64,000 nt of DNA from Octopus bimaculoides (GCF_001194135.2 NC_068984.1:41635094-41699093); one strand, 5' to 3'; positions 52,090-62,952 are shown, counted from the stretch's first letter. The notes: generated by a model from the letters alone, not told the origin. Translations and numbers: made by a program.

Positions 52090-52850
52090 TAAGATCTCAT
52101 TTCATTATTTGCTTTACAACTTTCAAGGTCTAATTGATCTTTCATTGTCACCTCACTGCCAAAAGTTCATCCTAAATACAAATTTTGTGTAAGTCCAGAA
52201 AACAATTCAGCCCCTATCAGTTGCAAATCCTCTACAAACCTCAAGTAAGCCCATAACCAAAGTACTCTCATATATCTATAGTATTGCTGCAACTACATGT
52301 ATGAAGATCTAAAACAAAGGCAGTCCACCTAGCTGGCAAAGGTTTACTCAGAAATATATTGCAACAAATGACTTACATACATGCTATTTCTTGTCTCAGC
52401 TTATTACATCTGTAACAGCTTTTATAGGGATGTTAGCTCTATTAAAACATAGTTTAAAAATAAAGTTGCCTGTATTTTATTTTTAATCTCCTTTGCAGCT
52501 ACAAAAAAATATATTGTGGAAATCAATTACCGCCAGTATTTTATTCATTAGGAAATTCTGTTGAAATCAGCTACAGATCTCTTTCACTATCAGAAACACC
52601 AAAATTTGAATTGTCCTTCAAACTTGCAAACTGCATACTCCCTCCATTTAGGCCAACCTGACTCACCTGTCCTTTCTCCTTCCCTGACTCCTTTTGTTAC
52701 ACCTAGATCCTGGACTAAACACTTTGGTTAACGCTTTTGTTTTAGACAGTTTCCCTCTATAATTTTCTTCTTATCCATGTTTTCCTAGAAGTCTTAGAAC
52801 TACAATTACTCAAGCTAATCATCTGCATTGATCTCCTCAGCCTTGCAGGA
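52090..52850 (+). mobile_element. Old CR1-like LINE 3' relic interrupted by the cubilin exon copy
   Basis: After the insert: KLANCILPPFRP.. and HVFPRS-like, resembling the CR1 C-terminus (SELANC.PP..RP; VFP.SY); degenerate RT C-terminal sequence upstream. Confidence 0.45.
52499..52625 (+). pseudogene. Pseudoexon: duplicated, frameshifted copy of the 53852-53981 cubilin exon, lacking a donor
   Basis: 52417-52625 is a near-identical copy of 53744-53977. It retains the ctttgcag acceptor, has a +1 insertion (A7 vs AAAACA) and diverges after AACTT, before the donor. Confidence 0.9.
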
Positions 52851-53035
52851 CCTAGATGAACTAGATACAAAGTAACTTTTTAACTGTTCAACTTCTATAA
52901 TATCATTTCAGTTAGATGAGATTCTATAGAGTAGTTACTGGTGATAATCATTAAATGTACTGCCAGTAATGTAGACTTAAGAGTGTTAAAGACTTAAATG
53001 TGGTATTATGGATGTTATTGTTTTTTTTTTTTCAG

Positions 53036-53247
53036 TTGAGTGTGGAGGAAGATATAATGGTACTACAGAATCTCAAAATATTTCTGGACCAACAGTTTCT
53101 ACTAGTATGGAGCATGTAACAATGTGCCGCTGGATTCTTACTGTTCCAACAAATCTAAATGTTAGAATACAAGTTACTCTAATGAATATGAGCCAGAACT
53201 GTTTAGAAGACTACATTTTGTTCAAATGCTTAAGAATGCCAAATATG
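53036..53247 (+). CDS. CUBN: Cubilin exon, CUB25 first half (IECGGRYNGTTESQNISGP..NCLEDYILFKCLRMPNM)
   Basis: poly-T cag|, ATG|gtatga; 212 nt; phase 1 to 0. Confidence 0.9.
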
Positions 53248-53851
53248 GTATGACTTCAATTTTTAAAAAATCTTTTTTTATGTGTGTATGATGATGATAT
53301 TGATGACTACTATTGCTGGTACCATAATTAATACCATTTCATTATTGATTTCATGGTTTCTTTTTAACAATGATTATCTTTCTTCGAATTTCTTCTTAAT
53401 CATAAAAATCATCTTTATATTTTTTCTTTTGACTCTTTTTCAAGATTATGTATACATTCCATGTATGATATCCAAAATTTGCTTATTCATATTTTGCACA
53501 ATTATCCTGCTCACATGATATTCAAACTATTATCCAACAGAATTAATTATACACCCATTTCCTTGCTTAAGACTACAAAATTAAAGGGCAACTAAGTACT
53601 CAATTTTAACAAATTTTCATTCTCTGTATATGTACATTCCAGCCTCTCAGGCCCCCAGTAAGGATTTGTGTAATGTTAATAATGTTAATAGTCTTTTGAA
53701 CTCCAAGAAAAATCTCCCCACCCCTCTCTCTCTCACACACACAAGCTTTTATAGGGATGTTAGCTCTATTAAAACATAGTTTAAAAATAAATGTTCTATG
53801 ATCAATCCTTGCTTAAAGTTGCCTGTATTTTATTTTTGATCTCCTTTGCAG

Positions 53852-53981
53852 CTACAAAACATATATTGTGGAAATCAGTTACCACCAGTATTTTATTCAT
53901 TAGGAAATTCTGTTGAAATCAGCTACAGATCTCTTTCACTATCAGAAACACCAAAATTTGAATTGTCCTTCGAACTTTCAG
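53852..53981 (+). CDS. CUBN: Cubilin exon, CUB25 second half (LQNIYCGNQLPPVFYSLGNSVEISY..FELS)
   Basis: ctttgcag|, G|gtaaaa; 130 nt; phase 0 to 1. Confidence 0.9.
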
Positions 53982-54064
53982 GTAAAATGATACAGTTGGT
54001 TTTAAAGATATTTAATTTTCATAGGAGAATATTGTAGTTTGCTTGAAGCATTGTGTATTTTTTG

Positions 54065-55509
54065 TAAAATATAATGTCTTGAATGGTACAACACTGCACT
54101 ATAATAACAACAATAGACTATAATAACTGTTATAATTCAATTATCCATAGTTTGATATAATAATAGTATTTTGGAATACAAAAATTCTTTCTTCAGATAT
54201 CGCTAGGAATTGTTCGAGTCACTGCTACAATCGGTTTTCCAACGGTTACTGCAATTTTTTTTTCTAGAAGCATCTCTGCAGTGGTCTCACAAAGCTCCTT
54301 CTGGAATCCCTCATGAGAAGTGCATGAGCATCCATGTCTCAGGCTCGTATGTTTTGGCACATCCATAGTGCTGCTTCTAAGTTATGTATTATACTTGCAG
54401 TTTCTATTTTTTTTTCCCCTCTTTCTTTTTTTTAAAATAGGACATGAGCATGTTATCAAAAATGAACCTACACACATCCAGATATAGCTAAATAGTATAT
54501 TGATTGCCAACCTCCATTCTATTGTTAATTTGGGGCCCTAGTCTGTCTATGAGGATAGCTTCCTTTATTCTTAGATTACCCAAATTTCTTTCATTGGCCT
54601 TAATTGTGACTGTTATGCATAGACAGACAAGGGTCCCAAATTAACAATAGGCTAGAGGCTGGCAATCAATATATTATTTAGCTACATCTGGATGTGTGTA
54701 GGTTCATTTTTGATAACATGCACATGTATTATTTAAAAAAAAAAGAAAGAGGGGAAAAAAAAAGATACTGTACATATAATACAACTTATAAGCGGATGTG
54801 CCAAAACATACGAGCTTGAGACATGGTCGCTCACACACTTCTCATGAGGAATTCTGGAAAGAGCTTCTGTGCCTGTGGCATGTAAGTAGCACCATTTGAG
54901 CATGATTGTTACCAGCATCCCCTTACTGGCACTTGTGCTGGTGGCACGGGGAAAAACATTCAAGTGAGGTCATTGCCAGTGCCGCTGGACTGGCTCCTGT
55001 GCAGGTGGCACGTAAAAAACACCATTTGAGCATGGCCATTGTCAGTACCGCCTGACTGGCCCTCATGCTGGTGGTATGTAAAAACACCCACTACACTCTT
55101 GGAGTGGTTGGCGTAGGAAGGGCATCCAGCTGTAGAAACTCNNNNNNNNNNNNNNNNNNNNNNNNNNNNNNNNNNNNNNNNNNNNNNNNNNNNNNNNNNN
55201 NNNNNNNNNNNNNNNNNNNNNNNNNNNNNNNNNNNNNNNNNNNNNNNNNNNNNNNNNNNNNNNNNNNNNNNNNNNNNNNNNNNNNNNNNNNNNNNNNNNN
55301 NNNNNNNNNNNNNNNNNNNNNNNNNNNNNNNNNNNNNNNNNNNNNNNNNNNNNNNNNNNNNNNNNNNNNNNNNNNNNATGGAAAGTGGACGTTAAACAAT
55401 GATGATGATGATGATGATATCAAACTATAGATAATTAAATTATAACAGTTATTATAGTCTATTGTTGTTATTATAGTGCATTGTTGTACCATTCAAGACA
55501 CATATTTTA
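54065..55509. mobile_element. Large foldback (long-TIR) element with a 66-bp spacer; right arm interrupted by an RTE fragment
   Basis: Inverted matches: 54065-54158/55417-55509, 54288-54551/54618-54870; inner 109 bp have 9 mismatches. Confidence 0.85.
54871..55416 (+). mobile_element. RTE 3' UTR fragment with (GAT)n tail (contains the gap 55142-55377)
   Basis: Matches 11023-11363. Confidence 0.85.
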
Positions 55510-55982
55510 ATTTTCATAGTTTTTCCATCAAATCTTTGCATGTTTTACTTATTATATCATTCCATATATCTAAAGGTGCAAATATATATATAAAAAGATT
55601 GTACATTTTATTGTAAGATTGTGCATATGTACTGACATAGCTGTGAGGTTATGCAACCATATATTTCCAAGTGCAATCTCACTGCATTGCACCTTAAGAA
55701 AGTGTCTTCCATTGAAGTCTTGGTTTGATCAATACCTTGTGGAATCTCATGAATGGAAACTGTTCAGAGGCCCATCATCTATATTTGTGTTTTATAACAA
55801 TATGTTTAAATGCATAAATATGTCTATATATGAATAACTGTAGCCACTGAGTCACAAGCATATAGACTTACCCATTACTGTTTAATATTGTCAATTATCA
55901 TATTGAAATATTTTTGTTTGTGACTAACAGCTGCTGCTGATTATGAATAAGAATTAGCTATAATGTAAATGGTTAAGCTCTG

Positions 55983-56035
<53 letters not shown>

Positions 56036-56173
56036 TATTAAGAAATTCACTGTACATGTGGTTCTCTAATTTCAATCTCACTGCATGTGACCTTGGTCAA
56101 GTGTCCTCTGCTATCGTGAGTTTCAGGTTGAGTAATATTTTGTGAAAATTTAGTGGATTGAAACTGTGTGGAA

Positions 56174-56208
<35 letters not shown>

Positions 56209-57164
56209 TCTCTCTCCTGTTCTCCTCCCTTCTCTCTCCTCTTCACTTTCACAGTGTGTGCATGTGTTCATTGGTGTAAAAACTATTGTGTCAATAAAAG
56301 TTATATATAAGCCATTCAATAACTAGACATCAATAAAATAAGTACCTTACTGAAATAAATATAGGTATTGACTTGATTGACTAAAATTGTTCAAGGTAGT
56401 ATCCCAGCATGAGTTCAGTCCAGTGGAGGAAACTAGTAAAAGTAGAATTGGTGCAACATGTCCCATCTGTCACATTTCATCCCATATAATGTGATACTAT
56501 AGACTAGCAATGAAGGATATGTACACATGCCCTTTGTACTAGATTAATGAGCTGCTTCGAAATATTTCATTTGTACCATAGAACTGTTGAAAGGGCTAGA
56601 TAAAGTAATTATATGTTTTTGCTCTACCAGGCTGTTTATCTGTAATATCCATCAGTATTAAATATCTAACCCCCCCCCCCCCAACGGTAGAGGAGTAGGG
56701 GCCGAAACCGGACGTGGTTCCTCCTCATGATGTCTTGAGCTAACTGGATCCTATAAAGGAGCTGTTGTGGTAGCAGACCACGAAACATGGTTGAAATTCC
56801 TCCTATCTACCTTATTTTGGGGCTAGAATTGGAAATGTAAAAAATTAACAAAGCTCTCTAGTATTATTTATGACTATATAATATTGCTTTCTTAGATTGG
56901 GTACAAAGCCAGTTTTGTTGGGTAGTGGTATAGTTAAGGGAATCTACACAGCATATAATTTGGGGCTTATTTTGTTGATTCTCCATGAGGATGGATTCAA
57001 AGAATTTAAAATTAGGAAAATAATATGTAATGCATTAAGTCCAGTCTGCCACCAATTCTAACAATATTTTTTTAATGTTCTAGTTTTTATAATGAACATT
57101 TTATTGTATTAATTTTTTATAAATCCATTGTTAATTTTGATCATTTACTTTATCCTGCTGCCAG

Positions 57165-57346
57165 GTTGTAATCGCACCTATACAGCTGCTAATGGAGAAA
57201 TTTTCAGTCCTGGCTGGCCCGATAACTATCCAAGCAATAGCAGATGTTCTTTCAGAATAAACACACCAGAGGGCACTAAAGTCTCATTGTTCTTTTATTA
57301 TTTTAATATTGAGTATCATTATAGATGTAACTATGATTATCTCCAG
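57165..57346 (+). CDS. CUBN: Cubilin exon, CUB26 first half (GCNRTYTAANGEIFSPGWPDNYP..FNIEYHYRCNYDYLQ)
   Basis: ctgccag|, CAG|gtaaat; 182 nt; phase 1 to 0. Confidence 0.93.
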
Positions 57347-57796
57347 GTAAATATCTATATTTCATTTCATCTTATTTATCCTTTTAAGCAGTTTCACATT
57401 TCTTTTCTTTTTTTTTTAGCTATAAAAAACAGTAACAATATCAATTGACTAAGCTGTTATTACTAATTTTCTTTAACTGAAATAAAGGAATATATATAAA
57501 CTAATATTGTGAATAAATTGTGTGAGAAGAATTTTCGATGCAATCAACAATTATATCAACAGTATATGGAAGATAAACTGAGAGTTAAATATACAACTGA
57601 ATTACACAATTGATTCAATGCACAGCAGGACCTATATGATAATGAAAATGCAGGCACTATGTACAACAATATTTTTGAATCTCATAAGGCTGCACCTGAG
57701 TTTAGCATCCCACTGAAACCAAAATTTAGACAAAGAGTTCCATGGGAAAACAGAAATGTAACCAAAGTGATTTAAAACCTCAAGGAGCTGAATATT

Positions 57797-57965
57797 CGTT
57801 TCTACTCTAGGCACAAGGCCTGAAATTTGGGGGGAGGGGGCCAGTTAGTTAGATCGACCCCAGTACACAACTGGTACTTAATTTATCGACCCCAAAAAGA
57901 TGAAAAGTAAGGTCAACCTTGGCAGAATTTGAACTCAGAATGTAAAGACAGACGAAATACTGTTA
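57797..57965 (-). mobile_element. SINE family B, 3' part
   Basis: Near-identical to 31415-31580. Confidence 0.85.
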
Positions 57966-57973
57966 AGAATTTT

Positions 57974-58178
57974 ACAGGCACAACAGAAACATGAAGAAAG
58001 AGTGAGAGAAAGTTGTGGTGAAAGAGTACAGCAGGGTTTGCCACCAACCCCTGCCGGAGCCTCGTGGAGCTTTAGGTGTTTTCGCTCAATAAACACTCAC
58101 AACGCCCGGTCTGGGAATCGAAACCGCAATCCTATGACCGCGAGTCCGCTGCCCTAACCACTGAGCCATTGTGCCTCC
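57974..58178 (-). mobile_element. 5' ~205 bp of the tRNA(Arg)-like SINE seen at 904-1296
   Basis: High-identity reverse match to 906-1110. Confidence 0.9.
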
Positions 58179-58179
58179 T

Positions 58180-58660
58180 CTAGTGGCATGTAAAAAGCAC
58201 CTTTCAAGCATTGGGCCTAACAGAGGCAATTTGGCTGATACTGGTGTCACATAACTAGCATGTAAAAGCACTTTTCAAGTGCTGGGTCTTACAGAGGCAA
58301 TGACAAATGACCTTTGGCAATATGCTGTGCTTGAGAAGAAGTTCCATCAAGCCAACTGAAATCGTAGTCATGGCAGATACTGGTGTCATGCAAACTGGCA
58401 CCTGTGCTAATAGCACATAAAAGCACCCACTACACTCTTGGAGTGGTTGGCAATAGGAAGGGCATCCAGCGATAGAAACCATGCCAAATCAGATTAAAGT
58501 CTGGTGCTTACAAGCCCTGGTCAGCTTACAAGCCCTGGTCAGCTTACAAGCCCTGGTCAGCTTACAAGCTCTGGTCAGCTTACAAGCCCTGGTCAGCTTA
58601 CAAGCCCTGATCAAACCGTCCAACCCATGCCAGCATGGACAATAGATGCTAAATGATGAA
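58180..58660 (+). mobile_element. RTE 3' UTR fragment containing an 18-bp minisatellite
   Basis: Matches the 35510-35925 UTR. Confidence 0.85.
58507..58614. repeat. 18-bp minisatellite (CTTACAAGCCCTGGTCAG) x6
   Basis: Units start at 58507, 58525, 58543, 58561, 58579 and 58597. Confidence 0.95.
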
Positions 58661-58845
58661 ATAATCAGGCTGTAACAAATATATGCAGTTAAAATTGAAA
58701 TAAACTAAGAATACTTCTTCAGAATTCTGTGAAATATAATAGCATAAAAAATTTAAAAATATCAGTTTTCTATCAAGGCTAGACTAAAATTAAAATTTTA
58801 TTTTAAATTCAGTTGCTTATTCTAAATAATAATTTTTATTTTTAG

Positions 58846-59011
58846 ATTCACTATCAATTCAACTCAACAGGTAATTATTCTTCACAATACTGTTACCATC
58901 GGTTACCAGGTCCAATATTTACAGAAAGTAATTTCATAAACATGAGTTTTTACAGTGATCATATTGTTAATAAGAAAGGTTATCATCTAATATTTACGTC
59001 TACAACAAAAG
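58846..59011 (+). CDS. CUBN: Cubilin exon, CUB26 second half (IHYQFNSTGNYSSQYCYHRLPGPIFTESN..KGYHLIFTSTTK)
   Basis: tttttag|, G|gtaagt; 166 nt; phase 0 to 1. Confidence 0.92.
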
Positions 59012-59474
59012 GTAAGTATACACTATGTTTCTGTTCATTTATTCAATCATCATTGTCATCATTTTGCATTTACTTTTCCATGCTGGCATGTTTTGAGACA
59101 ATGTTTTTCCATGCAGGGATGTTTTGAGACAATGTTTATGAACTGATGTCCTTCCTGACACCATTCTTTTAGTCACTTCTTACAACATGCAGGAATATGG
59201 TGTATCTCTTCTAAAAACAAAGACACCACAAAACACACACAGAATCTTTGTAGTTTGTTTTACAAGTGTAAATAATATCCTGTAACAATATGTCTTTGGA
59301 AAATCACTGAGTATTTTGGCTTCATGCAGTGTGTACTTGGCAAGCCAACCCTGTAGAGCTTATTTCTTTTGGATCTGAACCTTTGAAAAAAAATTGTAAG
59401 GTTACAGAGCATTTATTAATTACATAATAATATTACCGTTTGCTCAAGTGAGCTATATGATAATATATAATACC

Positions 59475-59516
<42 letters not shown>

Positions 59517-59746
59517 ATTAAGGGATCAGCAAATATTTGCTTCACCATATATTTGCTGATCTCTTAATTATGTTTATAAATNNNNNNNNNNNNNNNNNNN
59601 NNNNNNNNNNNNNNNNNNNNNNNNNNNNNNNNNNNNNNNNNNNNNNNNNNNNNNNNNNNNNNNNNNNNNNNNNNNNNNNNNNNNNNNNNNNNNNNNNNNN
59701 NNNNNNNNNNNNNNNNNNNNNNNNNNNNNNNNNNNNNNNNNNNNNN

Positions 59747-59784
<38 letters not shown>

Positions 59785-60271
59785 AGGTTTGGTTATGGTA
59801 ATGGTTTTTATTAGACAATCTTTCACCCAACAGATGATCTCTTATTGACTAAGTCAACCTTGTCTTTTTCTTTTTCTTTTTATTTTGAATTTTTTTATTA
59901 CCTTACACATAGTTTTACAATTAGTTTAACTTGATTATTATCATTATTCGTTTCCAGTTCAAAGGAAATTTTAAGCAAATATTAGGATTTAAAGGAGGAG
60001 AGAAACTGACCATCAAGAAAAATAAAAATGCATAGATGTAGAATAACCAATATCTAGTGCAATGATGAATATAATAATTTCCTCATTTACATATGGTACC
60101 CTAGATTTATAATGTGGTAGTGTCAAAAGAAGTTCTGACATTTGTATTTTATCTTTTAGCATTGGCATATTAATACTTCATAAGAACCTATATAGTTAGT
60201 ATTTCTCTAAGACACTTAGAAAGAGAGAATGTGTGTTTAATGAATGAAGTATCAGGATTTTGACCTAGTTA

Positions 60272-61562
60272 TGATGGGTGCTCATTAAAGATTTCCCCTG
60301 ACCCACTTCTGGTTATTGCAGAAAACGGAACTTGTACAGTTATAATGGTACATGTCGTTGCATGCCACATTGTAAATTGCAGCTTTCCACTTGTATTTGT
60401 TTGTTTTTTATGGCTGCTGAAGTGGACTAAGCTATTATAATGGAGGTAGTTGAATGCAGATCAGTAATCAGGTTCTTATACTTGAAAGGTTGCACACCAA
60501 AAGAGGCTTTCAATGAGATGAAAGAAGTTCATGGTGATGATGCACCATCATATGACATAGTCAAGTACTGGCATCGCCCGTTCAAATTTGGTTGGACATC
60601 GGTGGAAACTACTATTCCTGGATGACCACATTCCACCATTGATATCAACACCATCCATAAAGTGGAAGCTGCCATTTTGGAGGTTCGCTTCATAACTATT
60701 CGGCAACTAGCCCATGAAATGAAGATAAGTGTAGGGTCTGTGGAAAAAATCATTCACTACCATTTGCACATGTGGGAGCTGCCTGCACGATGGATTCCCC
60801 AGATGCTCACACCTTTTCAGAAGCAGGAACGAGTAAATTGCTCTCAGGCTCTTTTGGCAATGTGCCAAGAAAACGAGGAGGACTTTTTCAGCAGACTTTA
60901 TCACACAGGATGAAACATGGGTCCATCACTATGGTCCTGAGACTAGAAGCAATGAAAGCATGATAACTCACAACCTCTAAAGAATGCTTGTGTCCAACCC
61001 TCAACAGGCAAGGTGATGCTCACAGTCTTTTGGGACCAGCACGGAGTAGTGATGATGGGTTTTCTGGCAAGGGGCACCACAGTTAATAGAGCATATTATG
61101 CTTCTCTGCTGCAGAAATTGCGGGATGCCATCAAAGCAGAAAGGCATAGCATGCTGACCAAAGGAGTCCACCTCCTCCAAGACAACACCCCAGTTCATAA
61201 TGTGCATGTTGCTCAAATGAAAGTACACTCCTGTGGCTATGAAATCCTTCCTCATCCCCCTTACTGTCCCAATCTCGCACCATCTGACTTCCGTCTCTTT
61301 CCAAATATGAAGTCTTTTTTGAAGCGGAAGCACTTTTCAGAAGATGATGAACTTATTTTTGGGGTAAAGACTTTGTTCCAGACATAACCTACTGACTTTT
61401 ACAGATGAGGTCTTCACAGCTGCATAAAACAATGGAGAAGTGTGTCACCATTGGTGGTGACCATATAGAGAAAGAATAGTAATTATGTCAAGTTTTATTT
61501 ATCCCAGTTTATCCCAGTCCTTGAGAAGTGGGTTAGGGGAAAGCATTAATGAACACCCCTAA
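60272..61562 (+). mobile_element. Full-length-size mariner (irritans/Himar1-like) with a disabled transposase
   Basis: TIR GGGTG(C/T)TCATTAA..TTTCCCCT(G/A)ACCCACTTCT; TA flanks; 1291 bp; RSVIRFL, ARWIP, TQDETWVHHY, LQDNTPVH, HPPYCPNLAPSDF; contains stops and frameshifts. Confidence 0.92.
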
Positions 61563-61985
61563 TACATTTCATTTGGTTCTTGGTATAGTTAAAATTATAT
61601 CTACTCTCTAGTTAAGCATTTAGTTATCTGCGTTTAATTATCTGGTTGTATAAATTTGACAATAAGTGCATGACAGGAATTACATAACACACCATAAAAC
61701 GAAATAATTCTGTTAGAGATATTTAGAGTTGCAGTAAAATAATTTAGATAATTTGCCTGGAAAGCCTGTATAAGTCTTGATTCCACAAGTGCTGAACAAG
61801 ATCCATTTAGCAATAAATTGTGATATTTTGCTTGACAGAGTCTCCTCCTCCGCCGCTGCCATCATCGCTACCACCACTACTACTACTAAAGCCAAAGATT
61901 TAGGATTGAATTTAATACTCTCTGCCTTTTCTTTTCAGTATGTTTACAATGTTTGTTATAATTTTTCCAATTAATACATTGACAG

Positions 61986-62245
61986 AAAGTGGCTGTGGTG
62001 GAAATCTGACAACTATGAATGGAACATTTGCCAGTCCAAATTATAGACTATATGGCAACTTCAGTTTGAGCAATACAGAATGTGTTTGGAAGATTACTGT
62101 ACCACATGGCAGAAAGATAAAACTGGATTTCTCTCAGATTAGTTTGGATGACAAAAATGCAACAGTTAGCTGTACTACAAATTATGTCAGTGTTTACAGT
62201 GGTGTAAAAAGACCTGAAAATTTCATTGGTTCTTATTGTGGACAA
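61986..62245 (+). CDS. CUBN: Cubilin exon, CUB27 first part (ESGCGGNLTTMNGTFASPNY..IGSYCGQ)
   Basis: attgacag|, CAA|gtaagt; 260 nt; phase 1 to 0. Confidence 0.92.
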
Positions 62246-62837
62246 GTAAGTTCCCTTTTTATAAGTGTCTCTGTCTATTGAGCTAATCTCCAAATTTGTA
62301 AGAAGTGGTTAAGTTTTTTTGAGCACAAACTATTCTATCGTGATGAGGATACACCAAGAAAAGATGAAAGGACTTTGCAACATTTTAATGCAAGATTAAT
62401 ATGTCATGAGTTAAACACTTAAAATTTTAAGTTTCTATCCTATATCTTACTTTTTTTTTTATAAATAGTTTATAACTTCGATTATTATGAAAATTTGTCC
62501 AAACTATACTTTGGGGTTTTACCAACATATTCATATTTTTCCAGTTCTTAATTATAATATCATGTTCTACTTAAGATTATTATTATATTAAAGATATCAC
62601 TCATCACTGATACTCTTATTTTCAAATCCAATGAAAGAAATATTACCTAGCCCACAATTCAACATAACATTGTTATATGAAGTGAACTGAATATCAAATT
62701 AAATGTAGCTCTGAAATCATTTATTGTAACTTATTTAGAATTTCAGTTTTTGTTTTATATATATAGTTGAAACTAATGAAATTTGTAAGTTGAGGACGTT
62801 ATGTAAATATATTATTATTATTATTTCTCCTTTCCAG

Positions 62838-62951
62838 GATCAACCAGATACTATTATCTCACCATCAAATGTGTTGAGTGTGATCTTAAAAGTTGATGGC
62901 ATTTACAAAGCTCCAAAGTTCATAATCCGGTATATAAGTGAGTGGAAATAA
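62838..62951 (+). CDS. CUBN: Cubilin probable last coding exon, end of CUB27 (DQPDTIISPSNVLSVILKVDGIYKAPKFIIRYISEWK*)
   Basis: ctttccag| acceptor, phase 0; TAA at 62949-62951. Human cubilin also ends a few residues after CUB27. A competing gtgagt donor lies at 62938. Confidence 0.8.
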   Translation, partial: DQPDTIISPSNVLSVILKVDGIYKAPKFIIRYISEWK

Positions 62952-62952
62952 A
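62947..62952 (+). promoter_or_regulatory. Candidate polyadenylation signal AATAAA overlapping the stop codon (alternatives at 63289-63294 and 63576-63581)
   Basis: Hexamer present; usage unknown. Confidence 0.3.

Larger units (their letters stand above)
632..62951 (+). other. CUBN: Cubilin gene, 3' portion (23 exons; CUB16 half through CUB27); the 5' part lies upstream of the window
   Basis: All 23 exons join in frame through GT-AG sites. Peptides match recalled human cubilin landmarks in order: KYSIAKCGG (human KYSIAQCGG), EDFKLQ, GIEQGCGG..YEKNLNCDWII (human GPQQGCGG..YDKNLNCVWII), CGGRYNGT..QNISGP, PVFYS, CNRTY..SPGWPDNY..SLFF, SGCGGNL..FASPNY. Domain numbering is inferred from this recall. 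Confidence 0.9.

Noticed and set aside
60440-61387. Functional or domesticated mariner transposase
   Set aside because: In-frame stop near 60623 and frameshifts split the ORF
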